A stretch of 63,392 nucleotides of DNA, the filler included, from Octopus bimaculoides (lineage: Eukaryota), in NCBI RefSeq assembly GCF_001194135.2. It is 7 parts of 7 records of this genome, joined end to end, with 100 filler letters (N's around TTAATTAATTAA, not from the genome) between each part and the next. Parts side by side here need not be neighbours in the genome. Positions count along the whole stretch, not along the records: positions 29,485 to 54,252 come from NC_068982.1; 6 more parts are not named here. One strand, given 5' to 3'. Position numbers and translations under genes: made by a program. Shown piece after piece: positions 36,753-49,394 of the stretch. Within the stretch, counting starts at the first letter, position 1; the number at the start of each line of letters is the position of its first letter. The notes under the pieces were generated by a model. That model ran no database searches. It worked only from the letters and a program-made list of their open reading frames with translations, and was not told where the DNA came from.

Positions 36753-39700
36753 ATAGAAAGAATCACATTGAGAAGTAAATACTTGCTTGCCAATACGTTA
36801 CAACTCCTAGCTAAGCGACCAATTTTCCACTCTCACTTTCTCTCACTTTTTCTGTCTCTTTCCCTCACCCTCTCTCCCTCAACCTCTCTCTCTCACCCCA
36901 TCTCTCTCCTTTCTCTCTTTCTACTGTTGAACAGCGTTCTCCAATATTAAGTTTGATACCATTTATATCAATGTTCATTTAACCTCTGGTAACTTCTCGT
37001 CGCGTCAGTCAAAGAGTGTATCCTCTCCGTAGCATGAGAATAATTACTTGCCCAGTTTTTCATCTCCATTACATTTTCTGAAGTTCGACTCCCAAACATC
37101 TTCTTTTGCAATTATTGAGATGAATTACACAAATCAAACATCACCTGTAACCTTTCACCCAGCTCCAGAGAACTTGGAAGGTTATTAACTCAGCCCACGC
37201 CGCTAAAATAAACTATACAAAGATCTATTTAGTACTTTTATTCATTCCGTCATCTTATTTTCTCTCCTACAATCTATATCATGGCTTAAAAGTTACTAGA
37301 AACCCTTATCGGCTATACTATGAATAAACCTCTTGAAAAATATTTTCAGTGATAACATACCTAGGATATTATGTTACAATTAAATATATATTTCGTGTAT
37401 ACGGACAGGTGTGGTTACTGGAATCACAGTGCATGTCATCATCATCATCATCATCATCATCATCGTCATCGTCGTTGTCGTCGTCATCATCAATCATATG
37501 CATTTAACGTCTACTTTCTATACTTGCATGGCTTACATGGGAGTTGTTATTCAATCAAAATATTTGTACACATTTCGCCTTATTTGAGTTCTTATTACAA
37601 TTCTATCAATGAGGTTTTGTTTTCGAAGATCTATGACGTTATCCTTGACAGGGGAGATGTGCTTGCCGCACCCATTTTGCTTGTATTTCCTCTGCATTGT
37701 TTTCATTGAATCTCTTGAACACATAAGATGACAGTCAGTTTTTTTGTGTATTAAATGTAAGCATGTTGCGAGAGGTGATCTTCGATAATAATCCGTAAGT
37801 CAGCAATACTCAGTCACTGAACGAGTGCATGCTGAAGAATTTCGTTCATCTGTGCGCATCTTGGCTACGCTCGGTTGACGGCACAGCCATGCCTGTAGAA
37901 TTTACACCTGGAAATGCCCAGGCCTCAAATAGGCTAATTGGTTGATTTTTGTCGACTCCCAAAGTTTCACTGAGAACGAATACTCTGGTAAACTACCAGT
38001 GTTTGTATGAATATCATGGATACTTGAAGTCATTCTGTTCATTCCCCACTAGACGGGACACTAGTAACATACAAAATGTATGTGCTTTCATATGCTTTGT
38101 GTATCTGTACTATATCTAGTATCATTAGTACATTTTCTAAGGCTGTATACTTTAATGTGTTTATTATAATTACAGTGTATTGATTTTAAAATACTCAGCA
38201 AGGCCCCGTCGAAGAAGTGTTATAGTGGCTGCCGTAATACCTAAGTCCCTTGAATCCTTTGTCTGATGTTTGTCTTGTGCAACCAGCATAATTCAACTAG
38301 CGTTTGGTGCATTCAACAGCGTGTGCAATAAATGAGAACAGCATAGCTCCTACATTGTCTATATATCGTAGTATTTCTTTTTGAATTTGTGATGGAGTTA
38401 ACCTGACACATACTGATTCACAATCAATAACTCTAAACAATTTTGGAACTATTTTTAGAGGTACGGTGACCAGAAACGCTAGTAGAGTTTGCATTACTAT
38501 CAGTGGCTCGAATTAATATTTTATATATACATCTAAAATATAGATGAAGAAATTTTTCTTTAAAACATTCTTGTTAGGGGAGTTGAGCAAAATCACTGGG
38601 GTGTACTATTAAATTTTACAGCACGTTTTGAGTAGGGGTTCTCTCTACTTCTTTCTTGCTCTAGACGGGCAAAAATGTATAGCAAAAATGTTTTTTCGTC
38701 GACTACCCTTTGATTCAACTGAAAACAATACTTTTGTGTAACAGAAATTGTTGCCAGATGTAAGGGTACCTTCTGATTGGCTGGTAGATGAAGTAGTACG
38801 TATTCTGACCTACCGAACATACAGCGAAACGAATTTTAAGTTATGTACCCCTGCTTATTAAACTGATACAAATAAGTGGTACTTTATTTTTACCACTCAG
38901 CTTGAAAGAGTTAACCAGTTGCAAACAATCGTAATTTGTAAATATGTTTTTTATGGCTTTCGCGTATTGTAATTATTCTTGTCTTATTTTGAACCTGAGT
39001 AAGACAGATGCACTGTTGAAATATTGTTCATTGAACAAAGTCAGTCTGTGTTTTTATTACACATCTTGCTTTTCAAGTCGCATGACAGCAAATACGCATC
39101 TTTAATAATGTATAAAGGCAACGAAAGTATTTAATCGTAAAATCTCTATTGAAAGGATTATCGCCATTTCTAAGAACCAACAGGACGGAAGACCTGACCT
39201 CAGCATTTTCTGAAGAAGTTTTCGGAATTTAACTTATAATATGAATAATTTAGAGAGAGAGAGAAGAAAGATAAAGTAAACAATATAAAGCCTTTCAGAT
39301 TTTCAATTGTATAAACATTTTTCATTCAAATCTTATAGGGAATTAGATAATGTTGTTTTACCATTGAACGAAGATATATATTTGTTTGGAGGGAATTGAG
39401 CTAAAATGAATTATGGCGATAAGAGATAAAATGTTCTAAATTTTAACAATGACTCGTTGAATAATGTTTTTTTATCGCTGAAGACGATATCGCTTTTGAT
39501 TTAAGAGTTTTTTTTGTTTTTTATTTAATGTACGTTGTTATTTTTATTGCTTCTAGAATTCATTGATTCTTTTTCACAGTTCTATCTATTTAGTTTACAT
39601 AGTGTAACATCTAATGCATTTTCGTATTCAATTTCTTTTATATTTTATTTTGACAAAAATATTTATGCTGCTGCCCACACCAATAAAGTTTGTATTATTA

Positions 39701-41991
39701 TATTTTTGCTCTTTTATTCTGCTTTTGTGTTGAATCAATAATCACGAAAATATTTATGCACAGCAAATTGCAAATGACTTCGGTGTAGAAAATAGTATGA
39801 TTTATTTGTGCGGATAAAATTTATGCAGCTAGAAGTAATGTTTATTATGATAATTTCTTTCGTTTCATTTGCTCTTTCTTTATTGGTTTACTTTCATTTT
39901 AGGGATTACATATTAATAAAGCTGGCAAAATGATATTGACTGATTTATAGAGACCTGAAATTGATTGTGTCACGTGTTTGATTTCATTACACTTTATCAT
40001 GTTCAAATTCTCTAAATTCAAATCTTAAAACATCAGATTTTCCTGGTAAAATCTAAAACTATGCAAAATCTTTTCAGACAACTGTATGGATTTACACTAT
40101 GTATCATCACTGAAATGAAGATACGTGGATTTATCTTTACAATTTTCTGGTAAATTAATACTACTAATTATGACATATTTTAAGACAATAATTGTTACAT
40201 GACGAAGAATTTTCTTCTCTTTTATCTAGGACTTGGTGTTATTGACAACACCAATGCCTGAGGAGGGTCATGTTGGATGAAATGTAGTATATCAGTCAGG
40301 ATAGGAAACAACCAGCCTCCTTCAGGATCCAGTCTTGACAGCAAGATTAGATCGATTGGTGAATTTAGCTAACGGCTCTACTTTTACGAATTCATTTGAA
40401 ATTTCGTTCCAGCATAAGCGGGTAAAAAACGTCTGATGTATATTGTTATACTGCAATTATATATTACATCTATTTAGATCTTTGAGATCTAAGTAACACT
40501 GAATTTTAACCCTTTGTGTGTTGCTGGTATCACATATGAACACAAGACATAATTTCTTGACATGCTTGCATCATATATGATACACATTCTCAATTGATTT
40601 CGACCACCAGAGTAACATAGGCATTATGTAAGGAATGCTTTATATCACTAAAATCGTATGAAACCAAGGCTAACTTAAAGTCTGACAACAAACGGTAACA
40701 TTTAGGACAATCTTACGAAAATGTTTTAGCCATGCAAAGGATTAAGAAATATGTGGTGTGTACAAAGTCGTGAATCGGAAACGAACAGCTGTGTTGGTGT
40801 GTAAGTAGCAACGTTATGAACCAGAGAAATGTGAATAGACACACATAAATATAATAACTTTTCAATAAGTAGCAGTTTTTAATAAAGTGGCAGTTACTCC
40901 AAAACCTCTTTCTGATATGTTTGTAATGATCACGGATACCATCTCTTCTCACTGATTAAATTATATAATTAATAAAAATTGCCGGTATGCTAAATGCCTG
41001 ATAGATATTTATTGTAATCCCTTGTTAGTAATTTGATTTGAATTACTTGGTTACTCATCATTCCCTGACAAACTCAATACCCTGGAGAAAGACATGCTCC
41101 AGCATTAATAGTTGTCAATATTAATGTTATGAGTTGCAGAATTAGACTGTGTGCATTGAAATTGTGTGTCGGGTTATGATGTTTATGATGTGTGTGTGTG
41201 TGTGGTGTCTGTATGTATGTATACATGTGCTTGTATGTATGTGTGTGTGTATTTTTATATATATACTTTGTATGAATGCGTCAAATTCTAGACACACACA
41301 CTTAACGCTAAGACAGGACTTTTAGCTACGTGTCTAGGACGTCAGATTATAAACTTTGAGGTTATATACCTGCTTATGAACAAGAACCTTTATTATGAGC
41401 TGTTATTATCCTGATTTTCTTTGTTTTCTACTTTATATATATGTATATATATATGTATTACTCATTTCAGATGATCCGAAAGCATCATCAACCGCCAGTT
41501 TGTATTATGTATATATAAATTACTCACAAAGGATGTGGTTTTGTAGAGATGGCAAAACGCCAGATGCTACTATTTTTTTGTATTTCTTTTTCTTTTTTTC
41601 TTCGATCATCTAATTATATTAAATGTAATTCCAACGGGATTGCTATTTCATTGTAATTACTTTTCTGCGATTAAAAAATGCTACTGATATACCAGAGTGG
41701 ATGTAGCCGGGTGCGTCACTTTTCCCTGCTACTACAATGCAATCAAATAATTTTTCAAGAAATATAATGGTGCAAGAAAGTTTAGGTTACCCATGGTAAG
41801 TTTTAAGTACTTATGCTCTGCGTTTAAAAAGCAGTAAATATGTCGGCGAGATGTGTTCACTGAAATTAATAAAAGTCAGGATCTAGAGCCAATCTTAGCG
41901 GAACATACAGCCAGCCAAAATTTGAGGCCTCTAATATTTCTCAAAGTTGCTGGCAGAAATAAATAGTTCAGTGTTTCATTATATTTTCTAG

Positions 41992-42310
41992 GGAAGGCAA
42001 GCGAGCTGGCAGAAACGTTAGCACGTCGACGTAATTGACTTAATCCTTTTGTCTGTCCTTGTTTGTCCCCTGTATGTTTAGCCCCTTGTGGGCAATAAAG
42101 AAATAAGAAACGTTAGCACGCCGGGCGAAATGCTTCGTGGTATTTCATCTGTCTTTATGTTCTTAGTTCAAATTCCGTCGAGGTGGACTTTGCCGTTCAT
42201 CCTTTCGGGGTCGATAAATTAAGTATCAGTTACGTAATGGGGTTGATCTAATCAACTGCCCTCTCCCCTATAATTTCAGGCCTTGTGCCTAGAGTAGAAA
42301 AGATTATATT
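41992..42310 (+). mobile_element. SINE family A (tail 1) with a nested truncated tail-3 copy
   Basis: The 15-bp duplication agaaacgttagcacg at 42011-42025 and 42106-42120 brackets an insert at 42026-42105. Confidence 0.88.
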
Positions 42311-43625
42311 TTCTGGGGTGAAATAAGGTATTTGACGACCATCCATCCTCTGGACTCGATGTAGTCCAAATCGATTAGAGCACTCTTTCAAAATATTCCA
42401 CTTTAAGTCGAAACAAAAGTTTGTTATCAATAATAATAAGAAGACGATGTAATGGCAATAATTATTGAGATCTGTGCAAAAGCTACTTTATGATATCTCG
42501 TTTCCACTCGCTACAAGTTCACTTATATAGCTTCTCTTCGTTTCATCGAACAATTGCAGTTGTCTTCACTAATTTCTTCCAAGCATGTGACATTGATAAG
42601 GTTTGTATATTCACAATCTTGGCCATCTCAATTAAACAATCGTTTCGTAATCTGATGGTCCTAGTTCGTTCCTATTGATTGTCAAGTCGTCTGAGTGCAC
42701 CTATCTAAACGGACATTTTTTGGAAGACAGTTAATGGAGTGTAGATCCAAGAGAATGGTTTACTTAGATACATTTCCTAGTCTAAAAGGAACCTCACAAC
42801 TTTAGCATAATCCACATTATTCCAAATATTTGATCCAGGTGTCCAGTCTGTATATAATAACCTAACTTCTTTCTTCTCTCTCCCAACATTACTATAGATT
42901 TATAAAAACCATGTGCGGGCTGTCGTTCTGTCTCTAGCAACATCAGAAAAAGGAACGATTCTTTTTATTATGCAATTCTTCTTCTGTTTAAAAAAAAAAT
43001 GATTATATTGAATTACTGGTTATATTCGCTATAACATTTATTTCTGAAACGTTTGACCGTTTAAGATATTAGAATGAAAGAACATGCAAATTGTTATATT
43101 TGACGTCTAACTTCAATTGTTTCCTGGTATGTGGAGGACGTCTACATATGCCAAGTTGTTATATACACCACGAAGGCTCAAACTGAGCGGATATGATTAA
43201 ATATTTTTCATGGTCGCAGCAGCTCCACAGAGTGCCCCGTTCTTTAATTTAGTTTCCACTGAAGAAGAATAGATATCAGCATACCAAGAAAAGTAGTGTT
43301 CGAAATGTAAGTGACCTATCGGCAAAACTGATTTCCTTATCCCATTCAGTTACAAGCAGGCAACAAAGCATATGATAGAGAAACCTTCTCTCTCATTTAC
43401 TAGCATGTGGTTAGTAATCACTATATGCTCAACTATATTCACAATTACTATTGTTTTTTTTCCTTTCATTATACACATAATCTGAAAATGTATGTTTTGA
43501 AATAAAGTTGCGACAGAGATTGTCTCTGAGATTAATTTTATAGAACATGAAACGGATAAAATTATACTCAGATCAGGAATGATTTGATTTTCAAATGTAA
43601 TTAAATATATTATCTATCTATCTAA

Positions 43626-43705
<80 letters not shown>

Positions 43706-44044
43706 ATATATATATATATCTACTTATCACTTCTCATTCTAACTCTTCCACTATCTTAGAATAGCCTTTAAAATTCATATAAGATATAAAGATCCATATA
43801 CATGTACACACGCGCGCGCGTATATATATATATAAGAAGCTACACATACATATATATAATCATGTATGCATGCATGTCAGTATGTTTTNNNNNNNNNNNN
43901 NNNNNNNNNNNNNNNNNNNNNNNNNNNNNNNNNNNNNNNNNNNNNNNNNNNNNNNNNNNNNNNNNNNNNNNNNNNNNNNNNNNNNNNNNNNNNNNNNNNN
44001 NNNNNNNNNNNNNNNNNNNNNNNNNNNNNNNNNNNNNNNNNNNN

Positions 44045-44079
<35 letters not shown>

Positions 44080-44439
44080 GCACACTTACATACATGCATA
44101 CACACACACGAACACACACACACACATACACATATATATATATACATACATACTTGCATACATACATAAAAGATTGTAATGCGAGATTATGGAATGAACA
44201 CGCTTTACTACAAAACACTACATTTGTTTCGGCGCATCCGTATCAGCTGGGAATAGCTGATTGTTACATATATGATGCTCATTATTACATTAATATGATC
44301 CAACAGTACCTATACACCTGCTCGTCTTCAGGTATGTAAGATCTAAAACATTGTTTCCGACCTTACTTATCAGAAGACGTGCATGTATACAGCTGTTGTT
44401 TGATTTTATTAATGTAATATTTCGTATAATATATATAAG

Positions 44440-44655
44440 ACCGCCAGCTGGTAGAAACGTTAGCACGCCGAGCGAGATACATAGCGGTATTTCGTCTGTC
44501 TTTACGTTCTGAGTTCAAATTCTGCCGAGGTTGACTTTGCTTTTCATCCTTTCAGGGTTGATAAATTAAGTACCAGTTCCGTACTGGAGTCGATATAACC
44601 GACTGGCCCCCCTCCTACAAAATTTCAGACCTTGTACCTAGAGTAGAAAAGAGTA
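44440..44655 (+). mobile_element. SINE family A (tail 1)
   Basis: agctggtagaaacgttagcacgccg...GAGTTCAAATTC...aaaatttcagaccttgtacctagagtagaaaag. Confidence 0.9.
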
Positions 44656-44763
44656 TGGATAATATATGCAGTCTAGAAAAGAATATGGATAATATATGCA
44701 GTTTAGAAAAGAATATGGATAATATATGCATTCTAGAGAAGAATATGGATAATATATGCAGTC
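44644..44763. repeat. 30-bp tandem repeat x4 starting in the SINE tail
   Basis: tagaaaagaatatggataatatatgcagtc units at 44644, 44674, 44704 and 44734. Confidence 0.95.
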
Positions 44764-45810
44764 TCACTTGTAAAGCTAATTTCGCTATCTCTCTATAGAC
44801 TGAAAAAAAAATAATAATAACGAGCAGCATTAATCAGTGTTCGAATCTTACTGGATCCCCATCAGATGTGTTTACATCAATCTCAGAGTAACCTGCGGAC
44901 AGTCTGTTTATTAATTGAACGATTTTCGTAGCTAGAGGAAACTTTAGCTACGAATTTCCATATCGTAGGTATTAATATTTTTTATTAACTATCAGGGCCT
45001 GTCAGAGGGTCTCTCAGTTTACACAATATCAAAGTATGATAGATGTAATTTATATGATAGGATAAATTTATAATAGATCTGATTTAGTTATTTCTTTGTA
45101 GACTTGAACAAACTTAATCAAATGTCCAGAATCTTACTGGATTCTCATCAGAGGCATCTACCTCAATTTGATCAATTCCTGAGAAATAAACAGCCAATTT
45201 GCTAATATTCTCAACGGTTTCCAAGGCGTATCAGATGGTATTGATGTGCCGGATCAATTATCGTGATTTGTAATAAGTACCTCTTCATTCCATTACTGTG
45301 TATTAATTTTTTTTTTGTATACACTCTACGGATACACGCACATTTCCTCATATGTCTCCAGTAAAAGGAACAGGCCCACTGTATGCAAGCATCTATGGTA
45401 GCTAATGTATGGTAGCTAATGCGCGAGGAGAAGCTTTGGAGAGCTAGCTATAAGTTTATTACCAATAAAATATTACATACATACATACTCACAGATACAA
45501 CATAAATACATATTTAATTAGAATCTTATACTTTCACCCACACTCATAGCCATTCTTCTCTTCTCATCTCTTCCATTAGAACAATATTCCTGCCTGGCTC
45601 TAACATATCATCCATTGTTTGCTGCCTATTTCTAGTTTGCATTCCTCTGCATCTCTTCTTTCTTCTGATGAACGACTAATGTTTGAAATGTTACGACGTT
45701 TTCCATTTCCATTAAGGAGTTAAGCTGATACTTTATTTGTAACAATTTGTTTCTGATATTTTATCGTTTGCATTGTTCGTGGGTAGTTATATTATATGTG
45801 CATGTGTGTG

Positions 45811-45858
<48 letters not shown>

Positions 45859-46688
45859 CAATGTACGTGTCGCCAGGTGCATGTCAATATATGTGTGTGT
45901 ATGTTTACATAATACATATATACACACATGCATATATACATACAAACATACATACATACATACATGCATACATACATACTTACATACATACATACATACA
46001 TACATTTGTAAGGATATTAGTTTTCTATATTTCGCTTCTTTTCTCGTTCCATTATTTGCATTAAACCACTTCACGTTTTCCCCACATTTTTCTAATTTTC
46101 TCAGTTCAGTGTCCTTGTTTATATATNNNNNNNNNNNNNNNNNNNNNNNNNNNNNNNNNNNNNNNNNNNNNNNNNNNNNNNNNNNNNNNNNNNNNNNNNN
46201 NNNNNNNNNNNNNNNNNNNNNNNNNNNNNNNNNNNNNNNNNNNNNNNNNNNNNNNNNNNNNNNNNNNNNNATATATATATATATATACATATATAACGTA
46301 TAGATAGAGCCTGAAATATTGCTTAAAGAAACAGGGTATATTTCATAAACATGCCTATTCAAGTATCATAAAACCATGAAATTATTAGAAACTAACACAG
46401 AACATGTGCGAAAGGCAAACAACTTTCCCTTCTCCTTGCTGTAGAATCGGAAGTAGATAAAAGGACGAATGTCTAAGTAGTCAGATTAACCCCCACTCGG
46501 TCGTAGGATGAGACTTAGAATGAAGCCGACCAAAGCTCCGTATGTGTTTGGCTGTTTCGGCATCACTAGGAAAAACAGTTGAGGGAAGATTTCGGTTGTG
46601 TATTATATATGTGTGTGTGTTAAATAAAAGAAGACAACAAAACCAAGGCTAAGTGGAATTTATAGGACATTTATGAAGAAAAAAGTAT

Positions 46689-46734
46689 TCTTACAGCTGT
46701 TTCTGGGATGTTAGAGATATACCTTCATCAGAGA
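46689..46734 (-). ncRNA. Putative minimal type I hammerhead ribozyme (Penelope type)
   Basis: TCT-CTGATGA-AGG..CCCA-GAAAC-AGCT-GTA|AGA: intact core, palindromic stem III ACAGCTGT, 3-bp stem I, weak stem II. Confidence 0.6.
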
Positions 46735-47147
46735 CTATATGAGTTAACTAGAGGGGAATAGCTGAGCTCAATATAAGGAGTTATTTTTGGAAAAGGATGG
46801 ATAAAAAAAAAAGCGTAAAGGGGATGAGAAAATAAAAAAGTAAAAATATAGGGTGGTACAGTAGCAGTCTCATTATCTAAGGAAAGTGCTGTGTAGAATG
46901 GGTAGAAATGCGTCTTGTCCAAGGTATGTAAATTCCGATAGGAGTTTATACACTATCCACTTGTAATAACAAAATGTGAACACAGCACTTTCCTTGGATA
47001 ATGGAACCGCAACTGTAGCATCCTACATATACTTTTAATTTTATTTTTATTCTCTTATTTCCCTTTATACTTCCTATATCCATCCTTTTCTAAAATAACT
47101 TTTTATATTGAACCCTTCTATTTTCCTCTAGTTAACTCTCTCATATC

Positions 47148-47195
47148 GTTTCTGATGGAGAGATATCCCTAATGACCCAGAAACGGCTGTAAGAC
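47148..47195 (+). ncRNA. Degenerate hammerhead ribozyme motif (A9 changed to G)
   Basis: GTTT-CTGATGG..CCCA-GAAAC-GGCT-GTA|AGAC. Confidence 0.45.
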
Positions 47196-48450
47196 TACCT
47201 TTCTTCTTATAACCGTCCTATAAATTCCACACAGCCTTGTTTTTTTTTTCTCACTTCATTTAACATATACAAGCTCTCACAACTCCGACATCACACTCCT
47301 CACTCGTACTATTATCGAACCGAGAGTCAATCTATGGTCCTCACATAACACTTACATAGCCTTACCTGCTATCTTGGGTCTTCTTCATACCAATACCTCT
47401 CATTTATATATATATCGTTGCTATTATGTTAAAGTGCTGTATGTCCAAATGCGTTCATTTTTTTCAATATTTACTTTTTCCTTGCAATAGCCGGTTATTT
47501 TTGTCAAACCGTCATGTCCCCAGCTGCTTCAGATGCAAACATATCAAAAATTGTTAAAGCGTAGTGCAACGGATTTGCTACGGAATGGTGAAACTACTTT
47601 TTCGTTTTCTGAAAAGTAATGTATTGGACTTACGACACTTTTGCATAATAAAAACATGCATACTGGGTGCAAACGCGCTTATAGTGTCTCCAACAGAAAT
47701 TGTGCTCCTGTAAGGATCGTCCTTATTGACATAATGGACCCACTTTCTCTATCTGTATTAGTTATATCCACTTGCCGACTTTCTCAATTTAAGTATTTTT
47801 CTTTATATTTTTCATGATGGTACTTGCTTTTAGATGTTATAGCCTAGTGATAATAACCTTCGCCTGATCCAGCTTTATAGAAATTCTCAACCAACACATT
47901 AGATTGGGTCATTTACCTCCGAATAGCATCCTCCCATTCATCAAGAAGATTTTGATACCGATAATTCTTTCGAGTTTGATTTGTGTTGTTATCTTTATGA
48001 GAATCCATTAACTTGGAAAACTTTACTCTCTTCTTTTCCCTGATATCAGAGGACTATATCTTGCTTCTTAACTGGTATGAGGTAGAATCTTTAATACTTT
48101 GGCTAATATGCATCCACTTACCAAATACTATTTCAATTTTAATCGATGGTAGAATCTTTCTTCTGTAAGCGAATCACCTGATCTAGGCAAATGGTTGTGA
48201 TAAAATGAAAGGTAATTTTTTTTTGTGTGGATAATCACCACCATTAATTACTGCAATTTGGTACTTTACAGCGTTGGAGAGAACATTGAGAACCGAATTA
48301 TATTTCCGGGTATAGTTGTGTAATTTCGTGGACTGCTGAAATGTGTTTAGGTTTTCCCACTTTTTCGTATCTGCATGTATCCCTTTTTTATATATTTCTA
48401 TCGCACAAGATTTGTAGATACTGCAACATGTTATAAGACTAGAGAATCAA

Positions 48451-48655
48451 AAGGGCGAAATGCTTAGCGGTATTTCGTCTGCCGCTACGTTCTGAGTTCA
48501 AATTCCGCCGAGGTCGACTTTGCCTTTCATCCTTTCGGGGTCCATTAAATAAGTACCAGTTACGCACTTGGGGCGATATAATCGACTTAATCCGTTTGTC
48601 TGTTTTTGTTTGTCGCCTCTGTGTGTAGCCCCTTGCGGGGAGTAAAGAAATAAGC
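48451..48655 (+). mobile_element. SINE family A (tail 3), 5'-truncated, with 12-bp TSD
   Basis: ctagagaatcaa at 48439-48450 and 48656-48667. Confidence 0.92.
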
Positions 48656-49145
48656 CTAGAGAATCAATAAACTAAATCGTGATATCTTTTACATCGCCTT
48701 TTCATCCCAGCTTATTAACCCCACAATTACTTTTTCTTCCCAAGTTTTCAACGACAACCACAACAAGAATATTATTAATAAATGTAACTACTACTATTAT
48801 TAATATTATTATTTCCACCGTTATTATATATTCAAAGACATGTCGACGGAACGCAGTTTCGTAGTATGGAGTTATGTGTGAGAGTTACATTAGAATGAGG
48901 AGAAAGAAAATGAAAAAGATTGACGGCAGCATTGAAGAAAAGAATATAATCATTCCATCAGTCCTATTACCTGTAGTTTATAAAGTAATTACTCGGCTAA
49001 TAAAATGTTTTATTATATATTGTAAACAATTCATTTCTACGAAAGCTTGTTAATGCTATCTCTACAGATGTTTTATAAAAATTATAGCGAGCACTGATTT
49101 TGTTACAACATTTCGATATAAAACTGTAGTAAGTGTTCTGCTTGA

Positions 49146-49340
49146 ATGTGGCGAGTTGGCAGAATCGTTAGCACGCCGAGCAAAATGTTCAGCAGCATTT
49201 CTTCCGGCATTAGCTTCTGAGTTTAAATTCCGCTGCGGTCGACTTTGTCTTTTATCCTTTCGGGGTAGATAAATTACGTCCCAGTTGCATACTGGAGTCG
49301 ATCTAATCGACTGGCTCCCTCCTACAAAATTTCGGGCGTT
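49146..49340 (+). mobile_element. SINE family A (tail 1)
   Basis: ggcgagttggcagaatcgttagcacgccg...gtgcctagagtagaaaag. Confidence 0.88.
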
Positions 49341-49394
49341 GTGCCTAGAGTAGAAAAGAGAATTTGTTGTTCTTCAACAATCTACCCCCGTCTT

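Larger units (their letters stand above)
46618..47265. mobile_element. Foldback element (~287-bp arms, 75-bp spacer) with a hammerhead motif in each arm; probable inverted Penelope pseudo-LTR pair
   Basis: Arms 46618-46904 and 46980-47265 are diverged reverse complements. Hammerhead-like motifs lie at 46689-46734 (-) and 47148-47195 (+). Confidence 0.75.

Noticed and set aside
38210-38310. - strand frame LNYAGCTRQTSDKGFKGLRYYGSHYNTSSTGPC* as a kringle-like exon
   Set aside because: Spacing is wrong, it stops before the conserved Trp, and the acceptor is weak.
44644-44763. 30-bp repeats (and 25-bp repeats at 17650) as CRISPR-like arrays
   Set aside because: Head-to-tail units with no unique spacers, in a eukaryotic context.
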